From Polyangiales bacterium (GTDB lineage: Bacteria; Myxococcota_A; Polyangia; Polyangiales; Polyangiaceae): DNA of 64,000 nucleotides. Of the stretch, positions 21,553 to 30,385 are shown in pieces (the first letter of the stretch is position 1; every line of letters begins with the position of its first letter). Location of the stretch: positions 128,001 to 192,000 of the forward strand of contig JBBRNJ010000001.1 in the NCBI GenBank assembly GCA_038230375.1, read 5' to 3'. The notes below the pieces were generated by a model, which was not told where the DNA came from, searched no databases, and saw only the letters and a list, made by a program, of their open reading frames with translations. The position numbers and the translations under genes were made by a program.

Positions 21553-22932
21553 TCATCTGGTGACGATCGACGGGCATCGTACCAGCACCTCTGCCGCTGC
21601 ACGTTCCCCGGAAGAGAGCGCGCCGTCGATATAGCCGCTCCACACGGTCGCGGTCTCCGTGCCGGCCCAGTGCACCCTGCCGCTTGGCTCGCGCAGGGAT
21701 GGTCCGAGCTCGGTCCAGACACCGGGCGGCATGAACGCGCCGTAGCAACCACCAGACCAGGCGTCGTTCTCCCAAACGTGATCGTGATAGCCGATGACGC
21801 CGTGCGCGCGCGGCCCGTAGAAGCGCGCAAGGTTGTCGAGCGCCGCCTTCTTGCGACCGTCGGCGTCGAGCTTGCCCATCGCGCGCGCTGCGTCGGACTC
21901 GCAGAAGCCCATGAGGACACCGCATGGCGGCCCGCCGCCGGCGACGTTTGGCGGCGAGTTGTCGAACGCCACGTGAATGGGTCCTTCGTCGGACACCACC
22001 ATCCCGGAGAGCCCTTCGTCACGCCAGAACGGTCGCTCGTAGATCGCCGTGTGCTTGATCACCGCACCCATCGGCATCTTCGTGACGAGCTTCCTGCGCG
22101 CTTCTGGCAGCACGGGCGAGAAGTCGATCTCGGAGACCAGCTTCGGCGGGGCGGCGACGATCACGTAGCGCGCCATGAGCTCACCGCCGTCGAACGACAC
22201 GCGACAGTGATCGCCCTCTTGTTGAATCCGCCGCACCGGCGATGACAGCCGCACGTCGATGCCCTCTGCGAGCTTCTCTGCGACGGGCTGCATACCACCT
22301 TGCACGCGCTCGGCCTGGGCCGCGCCATCCGTGCCCAGGAGCATGTCCAGGTTCTTGCCGGAATGGATGTAGAACAGGACGTGGAGCAGCGACATCTCGC
22401 GCGCGGGCGCGGCGAACACCGTCTCCAGCGCGGCCTCGAGCAGGTGCCGAGCAGCGTCCGTGCGGACGTGCACGCGCAGCCAGTCGTCGAAGGTGCGCGC
22501 ATCCCACTCCTTCGCACGCGCGGCCTTCCACGGCGCGTCCAGCGGCACCGTCTTCGCCAGGCGGTCGAGCAGGAACTGCGCGTAGCCCACGTTGAGCAGC
22601 GACAGGATCGGCAGCCGCGGAATGGTGCCGCGGTACCGCGACTTTTTCCCCGACACCACCAGCAGGTTCTGGCCCGTGGTCCATGTCTTGAACGTGCGCG
22701 CGCCTTGCTCGCGAAGCAGCGCGAGGATCTTTTCCTGCGTGGGCCCGACCCATTGCCCGCCAAGGTCCACCCACGGAACCTCCTTTGGCTTCGTGGTGTA
22801 GACGCGACCACCCACGCGGTCGCGCGCCTCCAGTACGGTCGCCTTCTTGCCGCCGCGTTCGAGCGCGCGTGCGGCCGAGAGCCCCGCGAACCCCGCTCCC
22901 ACCACCACAACGTCGAGCTCCACGTCACTCAT
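21553..22932 (-). CDS. Flavin-containing monoamine oxidase family protein
   Basis: VVVGAGFAGL, LEARDRVGGR, DLGGQWVG, WAGTETATVWSGYIDGA. Confidence 0.92.
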   Translation of the reverse strand: MSDVELDVVVVGAGFAGLSAARALERGGKKATVLEARDRVGGRVYTTKPKEVPWVDLGGQWVGPTQEKILALLREQGARTFKTWTTGQNLLVVSGKKSRYRGTIPRLPILSLLNVGYAQFLLDRLAKTVPLDAPWKAARAKEWDARTFDDWLRVHVRTDAARHLLEAALETVFAAPAREMSLLHVLFYIHSGKNLDMLLGTDGAAQAERVQGGMQPVAEKLAEGIDVRLSSPVRRIQQEGDHCRVSFDGGELMARYVIVAAPPKLVSEIDFSPVLPEARRKLVTKMPMGAVIKHTAIYERPFWRDEGLSGMVVSDEGPIHVAFDNSPPNVAGGGPPCGVLMGFCESDAARAMGKLDADGRKKAALDNLARFYGPRAHGVIGYHDHVWENDAWSGGCYGAFMPPGVWTELGPSLREPSGRVHWAGTETATVWSGYIDGALSSGERAAAEVLVRCPSIVTR

Positions 22933-24221
22933 GCGGGCAACCCATCGCGGCGCGATTGCACGCGCCAGAACATGTCGAACGGCGTGGGAGGCGTGCGCGG
23001 CCTCTGCGCGGAGACGCGGTCTTTCCAGACCTTCGCGAGCTCACCGTGCTCCGCGAAGAGCGCAGAGGCCTCCGCCACACTCGTGGCGCAGAGGGCGCGG
23101 CTTTCCAGCGCACGGCGCTCGGTCTCGAAGGTCTGGCGACGTCGCTCGTAGTCGCGAAGCACCGCGCGGTGTAGCGCCTCTGCACGCCAGAAGAGGCTCC
23201 ATGGGTCGAAGCGATGCGCATCCGGAAACGGCCCCGTGTCCACCCGCCCGCGGCCGAGCGGCACCGGCTTCAGCACGCTCAGGCATGGCGCGCTCGTCCC
23301 CGTCAACCAGTGCCGGCTCTCGTTCGCGTGGGTGGTCGGGTGCCGCGCCAGACGGCTCACCTGTGTGGCAGTGGTCTGCCCGGCCGCACGCGTGGGGAGG
23401 AACGAAGCATGCGCGCAGGGCGCGGTGATGCGCGCGCCTGCCTTCACGGAGCGCCCTGCGTGGTCGCGCAATGCAGAGAGCATGGTGGGCATGTCCATCG
23501 GCTGCGCAGCGGCAAGCGCACGAGCCGTACATGCACGCCGCGCGTGACCGCCGGACAGAAAGCCCATGACGGACTTGCCGAAGGCGCGGGCGAAGTCGAA
23601 GGTCTCGCCGCTGCGAAGCAAGCCCAGGTGCCGGGCGGTCTCGATCGTCTTGTCTCCCACACGCGTGTAGTCTGCACCTATTGTGAGCACGTTCGACGTG
23701 GTGCGAACACCCCTTGTGACGCGCTCCGCTGCCCACGAGGCGCCGGCGGTCTCCAGGAGCCACGCTTCGCCCGGGTCCGCCAGCACGAACGAGTTGTGGT
23801 ACGCGAAGCGCTTGTCGCGATGCCCGGCGGGCCCGCCCTGGCCGTAGCGATCGATGAGGTGCGTGATGAGGTGGAGCGCGTCCTCCGCGGAGCTGCACCG
23901 CTCGAGCGCGAGCCGCACCAGGTCCATGCCGAGCAGCCCCACGTCCGCGACCGGAACCTTGGTGAAGACGGCCTCGTTGCCGATCGCGAGCCCGTGCTCG
24001 TTCGCGCCCATCTCCGCGCCCCACATCCATGCGGGTCGGGACAGCACGACCTCGTTCGTGAGCGGCACCTGCTCCACGTCGATATAGGTGGTCTGCAATC
24101 GCGCCGTGCGCGCGCGCGATGGCAGGAGGTGCTGGACCGCCTGCGCCTCCCCCGGCTCGCGATCACTGTTCTTTCCGAACCAGACGGCGCCCGGCTCGAC
24201 GGCGACGAACGTGTCGCACAT
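22929..24221 (-). CDS. Secernin-like / peptidase C69 family Ntn hydrolase
   Basis: N-terminal MCDTFV, FGKNSDRE, WMWGAEMGANEHGLAIGNEAV, GMDLVRLALER, YHNSF. Confidence 0.9.
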   Translation of the reverse strand: MCDTFVAVEPGAVWFGKNSDREPGEAQAVQHLLPSRARTARLQTTYIDVEQVPLTNEVVLSRPAWMWGAEMGANEHGLAIGNEAVFTKVPVADVGLLGMDLVRLALERCSSAEDALHLITHLIDRYGQGGPAGHRDKRFAYHNSFVLADPGEAWLLETAGASWAAERVTRGVRTTSNVLTIGADYTRVGDKTIETARHLGLLRSGETFDFARAFGKSVMGFLSGGHARRACTARALAAAQPMDMPTMLSALRDHAGRSVKAGARITAPCAHASFLPTRAAGQTTATQVSRLARHPTTHANESRHWLTGTSAPCLSVLKPVPLGRGRVDTGPFPDAHRFDPWSLFWRAEALHRAVLRDYERRRQTFETERRALESRALCATSVAEASALFAEHGELAKVWKDRVSAQRPRTPPTPFDMFWRVQSRRDGLPA

Positions 24222-24227
24222 GACAGG

Positions 24228-24662
24228 TCAGACCGTGACGCCTTCCTCGCGGAGGTAGGGCGCCACCTTCGCGCGGAAGTCCTCCGAGAAGGGCATGGGC
24301 TTGCGCGTCTTCGGGTCCACGCAGACGATCACGCGGCTGCCCCGCGCAAAATCGATGTCCTCGTCCATGGGGAGGATGCGGAAGCCGAACGTCAGGCTGG
24401 TCTTGCCCAGCTTGTCGACCCAGATGCGCACGCGCACCTCGCCGATGTTCGTGACCGGACGGAGGTATTCGATCTGGTTCGTGCGAACCAGATGGAAGCG
24501 GTCCGGATTGCTCGGACCGTCAAGGCCCATCCAGCCCATCGCCTTGCTCCAGAACGAACCGATGGTGCGCTCGAACAGGAGAAGGTAGCGCGCATTGTGG
24601 AGGATCTGCAGCGCGTCGAGGTCGTCGAAGTAGACGCCGTGAATGGCTTCGTGGAACCGCAT
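24228..24662 (-). CDS. Acyl-CoA thioesterase (4HBT/YbgC hotdog family)
   Basis: VYFDDLDALQILHNARYL; IEYLRP; LGKTSLTF. Confidence 0.85.
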   Translation of the reverse strand: MRFHEAIHGVYFDDLDALQILHNARYLLLFERTIGSFWSKAMGWMGLDGPSNPDRFHLVRTNQIEYLRPVTNIGEVRVRIWVDKLGKTSLTFGFRILPMDEDIDFARGSRVIVCVDPKTRKPMPFSEDFRAKVAPYLREEGVTV

Positions 24663-24788
24663 GGCTCGTTCGTTTCTAACACCGGCGCCTCACCGATGCC
24701 CGTCGAAGAACGAAGCAAAGACACGACGGGAGCAGGGCCGCGCACCCGAGCCCCGACACGAGCGTGAAGACGCGGAGCGCCCGCATCT

Positions 24789-27182
24789 CTACTTCTTGAC
24801 GTACGGCTTCTTCGGGCCCGGGGTGTATTCCTTGGGACGCGGGTAGCCGCCGCCGCCGGTCTTCGGCTTGCCGAAGCCACCACCCTCGGGACGCTTTCCG
24901 AACCCGCCAGCAGCCGGCTTCTTGCCAAAGCCACCACCACCACCACCGCCGCTAGGCTTCTTTCCGAAGCCGCCGCTCTTCGGCTTGTACGGACCGTCGG
25001 GCCGCTTGTGCGCCTGCGGGCGATCGTCGTGCACGCGCGGGCGCGGCGCGTCGTCATTGGCGCGCGGGCGCGGCTGGTATTCGCTCTTCTCGATCCGGGG
25101 ACGCGAGACACGCTCCTTCGGGCTCGAGGGTGCGTCCGCCTCGTCGCTGACCTTGGATCGCGACACGCGCTCCTTCGGGCTCGAAGGTGCGTCCACGTCG
25201 TCGCTCACCTTGGAACGCGATATGCGCTCCTTCGGGCTCGGAGGCGCATCGACTTCGTCGCTCACCTTCGGACGGGACACGCGCTCCGTCCGCGGCTTGG
25301 ACTCGGTCTCCACGATCACGGGCTTCGGCCGCGGGATGTATTCACCGCGAGGCTTGTCGAACGGACGCGGCGCGCGAGAACCAGAAGGCTTGTCGAACGC
25401 GCGAGGCGCCGGCCGCTCGTCGCGTGGACCACGATCACCTTGCTCTTGGTCGCGGTCCTGACGCGATTCCGGACCTCGCTCGGCCATGCTCCCGCCCTGT
25501 CGCGAGATCGTGACGCGCGGGTCGCGCGGGTCCGGGATGCCGGTCTTGGCAGCGAACGCCTCTGCCGCGGTCTCCGCGACGTCGACGATGGAGTACATGG
25601 GCGCGACATGGATGGAGCCCACGTCGTTGCTCTGGATCTCGCCGCGGCGACAGACCATCGCGAGCACGCGACGAACCTCGGCGCCGTGCACCTTGCCCCA
25701 AGACACGCGGAAGGGCACCCAGCGGGCGTCCGGATTGCGCGCACGACGCGGAGCCAGATCACGCGCTGGCGGGCCGCGATCGTCGCGCCCATCCCTGCCA
25801 TCGCGCGCGTCGAAGTTGTTGCGCGGATCGGGCTTGTGCATCTCGATGGGCATCACGTCGCGCGGCTCCGGGCGCTTGCCGCGGATGCGCATGACCAGAC
25901 GACCGACGGCCAGCTCCGCTTCTTCCGATGCGAGCAGCTTGCGCGCAAGGGCGAGCGCGCGCGGGTCGGGCTCGTTCGCATTTCCGGAGGCCTCGGGCGC
26001 GAGCAGCTCGCCGGCGAGCTTCTCGTCCTCGCGGGCGCGGATCTTGTTCGCGTCGGGGACCTGCCCGCGCGTGAACGTGACGCCAGCGCGACGGAGGAGC
26101 ATGGTGGCGCGGGCAAGGCCGCTGGGCGTCAGGATGAGCGAGCTCCGGCCCTTCTTCCCGGCGCGTCCGGTGCGGCCGCTGCGGTGCGTGTAGCTATCCG
26201 GATCGTCGGGCGGGTCTGCGTGGATGACCTGCGCGATGTCGACCACGTCAATGCCGCGCGCCGCGACGTCCGTGGCGACGAGCGCGTCCAGGTCGCCGCG
26301 CTTGAAGGCGGCGAGCGCGCGATTCCGCTCGCGCTGCTCCATCTCACCCGAGAGCGAATCCATGGAAAAACCAGCCTCTGCGAGCCGGCGAGTGATCGCC
26401 GCAACGTCGGCGCGGGTGCGCGCGAAGATGAGCGTCTGGTCGCCCGGGTTCTCGAGCAAGAGGTTCACGATGGCGTCGAATCGCTCGTGGACGTGGACCG
26501 TATAGATCACGTGCTCGATGTCGGCGTTCGCGCGACCGATGGGCGTGCCCTCGACATTGACGACGCTGTTCTGGACCGCGTCAGCCAGCGCGCGGACCTC
26601 ACGGGGGAACGTGGCGGACACGAGGTGCGTGCGGCGTCCCTCTGGCAGCGAGCCCAGGATGGACTCGATGTCTTCGCGGAAGCCAAGGTCGAGCATGCGA
26701 TCCGCTTCGTCCAGGACGGCAGCGCGCAGGTCGGAGGTGTCGATGCCTCCACGGTTGAGATGGTCCAGCAAGCGTCCCGGCGTGCCGACGATGATCGCGG
26801 GGCCGCCAACGAACGCGCGCATCTCATCGCGGTAGCCGCCACCGCCGGTGACGCTCATCACCTTTGCGCCGAGCGGCGCGAAGAGCCAGCGCAGCTCTTC
26901 TTCCACTTGCTTCGCGAGCTCACGCGTAGGCACCACGAAGAGCGCGCGCGGACGCGCCTTGCCGGCGGCCGCAGGCGTGGGCTCACCAAGGAACGAGCGA
27001 AGGGCAAGACCAATGGCGACGGTCTTCCCGGATCCAGTCTGCGAGCTGACGCGAAGATCGTGGGAGATCGCGTCCTCCAGGAGGATCGCCTCCTGGACCG
27101 GTGTGAGATCGGCAAACCCCCGTTTCTCCAGAGCCTCCGTCAGTGCGGGCCCGAGGGTTTCCTTGATTTCTTCACGAAGCAT
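24789..27182 (-). CDS. DEAD-box RNA helicase (CsdA/DeaD-like) with DbpA-type RNA-binding domain and long basic tail
   Basis: TPVQ, TGSGKT, PTRELA, TPGR, DEAD, SAT, ARGID, HRSGRTGR. Confidence 0.95.
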   Translation of the reverse strand: MLREEIKETLGPALTEALEKRGFADLTPVQEAILLEDAISHDLRVSSQTGSGKTVAIGLALRSFLGEPTPAAAGKARPRALFVVPTRELAKQVEEELRWLFAPLGAKVMSVTGGGGYRDEMRAFVGGPAIIVGTPGRLLDHLNRGGIDTSDLRAAVLDEADRMLDLGFREDIESILGSLPEGRRTHLVSATFPREVRALADAVQNSVVNVEGTPIGRANADIEHVIYTVHVHERFDAIVNLLLENPGDQTLIFARTRADVAAITRRLAEAGFSMDSLSGEMEQRERNRALAAFKRGDLDALVATDVAARGIDVVDIAQVIHADPPDDPDSYTHRSGRTGRAGKKGRSSLILTPSGLARATMLLRRAGVTFTRGQVPDANKIRAREDEKLAGELLAPEASGNANEPDPRALALARKLLASEEAELAVGRLVMRIRGKRPEPRDVMPIEMHKPDPRNNFDARDGRDGRDDRGPPARDLAPRRARNPDARWVPFRVSWGKVHGAEVRRVLAMVCRRGEIQSNDVGSIHVAPMYSIVDVAETAAEAFAAKTGIPDPRDPRVTISRQGGSMAERGPESRQDRDQEQGDRGPRDERPAPRAFDKPSGSRAPRPFDKPRGEYIPRPKPVIVETESKPRTERVSRPKVSDEVDAPPSPKERISRSKVSDDVDAPSSPKERVSRSKVSDEADAPSSPKERVSRPRIEKSEYQPRPRANDDAPRPRVHDDRPQAHKRPDGPYKPKSGGFGKKPSGGGGGGGFGKKPAAGGFGKRPEGGGFGKPKTGGGGYPRPKEYTPGPKKPYVKK
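25102..25287 (-). repeat. 57-bp tandem repeat (about 3.3 copies) encoding RVSRSKVSDxxDAPSSPKE
   Basis: CGCTCCTTCGGGCTCG recurs at 25111, 25168 and 25225, with a partial copy at 25282. Confidence 0.9.
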
Positions 27183-27245
27183 CCGCGCTTCCGTAGCACG
27201 ATGCAGGCTTTTCCGTGGTCACATTGCGCCGGGGCGGCACGAGAG

Positions 27246-28028
27246 TCAGTGGAAGAACTCGCCCGTCTTCGGACGCGGAAGCGCGTGCGTGAGCGCTCCG
27301 GTCTTCGCATCGAACACGAAGAGGCCACCATCCAGGTACCAGGGCGCGACGACGACGCGGTCGCCGCCGGCATCCGAGAGGCCCAGGATCATGCCGCCGT
27401 AGCCCTTCAATGCGATCGCGTTGGTCGCGCTGCCCGTGCTCGTGGACAGATGGAGCAGCTTGTCGAGCTGGAATGCAGTGCCCAGCAGTGTGCCGTCGGG
27501 CGCGGGCGCGAGGCGATTGGCCTTTCGCTCGTCCAGGGCGACAGAGCCGTTCTTGTGATGCGCCTTCACCGCGGCGAAATCGCCATAGCGCGACAGGCGT
27601 CCCTCTGACGCCACCCACACGGACGTGGCATCCGCCGTCACCGCGTCGCACGCAACGTCGGTCTGCTCCGCCTTGCCGTCGGCGAGGCCAATACGGACCA
27701 CCGTGTTCGCGCACGTGAGCAGCGAGTCGCCCTGGATGCCGATCGACGAAGCGTCCCCGACGATGTCCGCGTCCACCTGCGGGCCGAGCGCGATGGTGCC
27801 AGCAGGCAGCGTCACCTCCGCGAGGTGCTCCGTGATGCCATGCGAGACGAACGTCGTGCAGACGATCGTGTCCTGTCCCGGCGTCTCTGCGAGCGTCGGG
27901 TCGACGGTGGTCGCCGTGGGATGCTCCGTTGCATCGGGCTGCCCGCTGCAGCCCCCGAGAACGAGCAGCGCTGCGATGGACACGAGGACCGCGAGTCCTC
28001 CCTGCTGCCTTCGTTCGATCATCGACAT
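27246..28028 (-). CDS. Hypothetical lipoprotein (beta-propeller-like)
   Basis: Lipobox LGGC; beta-rich sequence; GC3-rich codons. Confidence 0.6.
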   Translation of the reverse strand: MSMIERRQQGGLAVLVSIAALLVLGGCSGQPDATEHPTATTVDPTLAETPGQDTIVCTTFVSHGITEHLAEVTLPAGTIALGPQVDADIVGDASSIGIQGDSLLTCANTVVRIGLADGKAEQTDVACDAVTADATSVWVASEGRLSRYGDFAAVKAHHKNGSVALDERKANRLAPAPDGTLLGTAFQLDKLLHLSTSTGSATNAIALKGYGGMILGLSDAGGDRVVVAPWYLDGGLFVFDAKTGALTHALPRPKTGEFFH

Positions 28029-28154
28029 CCACACGAGCAAGGGCCGTTCCGCTCGCCCCCATGCTCGATTTGCCGTGGTTTACGAGGATAGCGACACCGC
28101 ACGCAGGCCGCAGTGGATCGACATCGTGAGGGCCGCAGTGCTCACCAACCTCCG

Positions 28155-28179
28155 AGAAAACAAGCGCGAAACACTTGTT
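28155..28179 (-). terminator. Weak intrinsic terminator candidate
   Basis: Minus strand AACAAGTG-TTTCG-CGCTTGTT followed by a short U run, about 20 nt after the stop at 28199. Confidence 0.35.
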
Positions 28180-28198
28180 ACAGGCGTGCGCAACCGCC

Positions 28199-29704
28199 CT
28201 ACGGCTTGTGGATGTAGTCGATGGTCAGGCGCCCCTGCTGGAGCTCCACGCCGGTGACCTTGCCGGCCGCGTCCTTCTGCGGCACGACCACGATGCCGGA
28301 CTTCTTGGTGAACAGCGCGCCGTTCTCTCCGAAGTAGAGCGTGAAGGCGCCCTGGCCCTTGGGCTTCATGGTGACCTTGCGTCCATCGTTCGTGATCGCG
28401 GTCGTCAGCACGGACTCGAGCACCGCGGGCGGGAGAAGCTTCGCGAGGGCCTGCTTGCTCTCCTCGACGATCGCGTAGTCGCCAGAGATCGCGTCTGCCA
28501 GACCCGACTCGAACGGCAGCACCTTTCGCTCCGGGGGCGCGGCCTGCGGCTTGCCTTCGAGCGTCATGCGCAGCACGCCGGCCGCGAGCTTGTCGGTCTC
28601 GAAGGCGTCGGAGTTCATGAGCACCACGATCACGAGCCCGAGATCCGGCACGCGCGACAGATGCGACGAGAACCCGTCGATCCCACCGTTGTGCGACTCC
28701 ACGTCGTGACCAAACTTGCTCTGCCGCATGACCCCGAACGCGTAGTCCGATTGCACGGGCGTGGTGCGAAGCTTGTCCGTGTCCGCGTCGAGCAGCGTGT
28801 GAGCCGCGAGCGCGCGATCCCACAGCACCAGATCGTGAGGGGTGGAGCGGAGCGCGCCGGCAGCGAACGGGATGGACATGTCGATGGGCTTCACCTCCAC
28901 GACGGCGTCGCTCTCGTCCAGCGTGCGACCGACCGCCGTGTTGGGCGCGTCGGGCGCGTCTACCGTGCTGGTGCGCGTGAGGCCCGCGGGCGCGAGCACC
29001 TTCTCCTGCAGGTACCGCTCGTAGGTGAGCCCGCTCGCGCGCTCGATGACGAGGCCAAGCAGGAAGTAGTTGGAGTTCGAGTATTCGAACTGCGAGCCCG
29101 GCGCGAACGCGAGCGGCTTTCCCGTGAACGTCGTGAGGACGCGCCCGGGCTGTGCCGGCTTGCTGCGCTCGGACATGAGCGACTCGTCCTGCGTGTAGCT
29201 CGCGATGCCGCTGGTCTGCGCGAGCAGGTGCCGGACGGTGACCGCGTCGAACGCGGGCGGGAGCACGGGCACCCACTTCTTCACGGGGTCCTCGAGCGAG
29301 AGCTTCTTGTCCGAGACGAGCTTCAGCGTGGCCACCGCCGTGAACTGCTTCGTGAGTGAGCCGATGCGGAAGCGCGTGTTCTCGTCCGCGTGCGCGCCGG
29401 TCTTCGGAACGGCGACGCCGAACGCGTGCCCGTACGCAGTCTCGCCGCCGCGGGCAACCAGCACGTAGCCAGACGGCGCGAAACCAGGGCCCCACGATGC
29501 GCCGAAGCCCGCTGCGTACGCGTCGATCATGCGGCCGAGCGCCTCGTTTGTTCCGTAGGGCGGTGGCGGCAAGTGGAGCGCGGGCTTCGGAGGCGTTGCG
29601 ACGCTGGCCGACGACGACGCGTTCGTGGGCGACGATGGCGGCGGCGCCTTGTCACCGCACGCCAGCAGAAGCGCGAGGCACGGAAGCAGGGTTCTGCGCT
29701 TCAT
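28199..29704 (-). CDS. Serine hydrolase (beta-lactamase family) lipoprotein with C-terminal extension
   Basis: FRIGSLTK, YSNSNY, HNGGIDGF; lipobox LLAC; ATG overlaps the GST stop (ATGA). Confidence 0.9.
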   Translation of the reverse strand: MKRRTLLPCLALLLACGDKAPPPSSPTNASSSASVATPPKPALHLPPPPYGTNEALGRMIDAYAAGFGASWGPGFAPSGYVLVARGGETAYGHAFGVAVPKTGAHADENTRFRIGSLTKQFTAVATLKLVSDKKLSLEDPVKKWVPVLPPAFDAVTVRHLLAQTSGIASYTQDESLMSERSKPAQPGRVLTTFTGKPLAFAPGSQFEYSNSNYFLLGLVIERASGLTYERYLQEKVLAPAGLTRTSTVDAPDAPNTAVGRTLDESDAVVEVKPIDMSIPFAAGALRSTPHDLVLWDRALAAHTLLDADTDKLRTTPVQSDYAFGVMRQSKFGHDVESHNGGIDGFSSHLSRVPDLGLVIVVLMNSDAFETDKLAAGVLRMTLEGKPQAAPPERKVLPFESGLADAISGDYAIVEESKQALAKLLPPAVLESVLTTAITNDGRKVTMKPKGQGAFTLYFGENGALFTKKSGIVVVPQKDAAGKVTGVELQQGRLTIDYIHKP

Positions 29705-30309
29705 CCGTTCACCCGCTTCCACGTGTCGCGCGAGGTGATGCGCGCGAGCCACGCAGTCACGTTCGAGAAGCGCGAGAGATCGATCTGCAGCATGGCCGCG
29801 GCGGTGAGCGGTGGCGCGAGCGAGATGTCCGCGATGGTGAGCCGCTCGGCCACGAGCCAGGTCTTTCCGGCCAGCGCTGCGTCGAGCGGTCCAAGGCACC
29901 GGTCCACCTCCGCGCGCCCCTCCGTGACCAGCTGCGGCAGGCGCTTCTCCTCCGGCAATCGGATGGTATGCGCGAAGATCCGCGCGATGTTCGGCGACAG
30001 GTGCGCCGCGCCCATGAACATCCACTTTGCGATGTCGCCGCGCTCCTTCGGTGTCTCGGGCCCGAGGCGCTTGTCCTTCGCCAGGTCAGCGACGTACTCG
30101 ATGATCGCGTTCGACTCCCAGAGCTTGTAGTCGCCATCCACCATGGCGGGGACGCGCGCGGTGGGGTTCAGCTCCATGTAGGGTGGCTGCTTGTGCGCGC
30201 CGGCCATCAGGTCCACGTCGCGAAAGGTGTAGGGTACACCCGCTTCCTCGAGGCCGAGGCGCGCGCGCTTGGTGTTCGGAGACATCGGGAAGCCGTGCAG
30301 CTCGATCAT
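29701..30309 (-). CDS. Glutathione S-transferase family protein
   Basis: SPN, LNPTARVP, LWESNAIIEY, TIADI; GGGAG SD. Confidence 0.93.
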   Translation of the reverse strand: MIELHGFPMSPNTKRARLGLEEAGVPYTFRDVDLMAGAHKQPPYMELNPTARVPAMVDGDYKLWESNAIIEYVADLAKDKRLGPETPKERGDIAKWMFMGAAHLSPNIARIFAHTIRLPEEKRLPQLVTEGRAEVDRCLGPLDAALAGKTWLVAERLTIADISLAPPLTAAAMLQIDLSRFSNVTAWLARITSRDTWKRVNG

Positions 30310-30385
30310 GGCTCCCTACTTGAGCGAAAGTGCGGTGAAGGCGCAAGCCCGCGGAACTTTCGGCTGGTGTATATGTCGCGATGCC

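Noticed and set aside
14086..24662. Type II PKS biosynthetic gene cluster
   Set aside because: Single KS with no chain-length factor, ACP, reductase or cyclase in the window
25102..25287. Regularly spaced repeats resembling a CRISPR array
   Set aside because: In-frame coding tandem repeats with similar, not unique, spacers and no cas genes
25008..27608. 866-aa plus-strand ORF
   Set aside because: Antisense shadow of the DEAD-box helicase; long stop-free opposite frames are expected with high GC3, and it has no recognisable motifs
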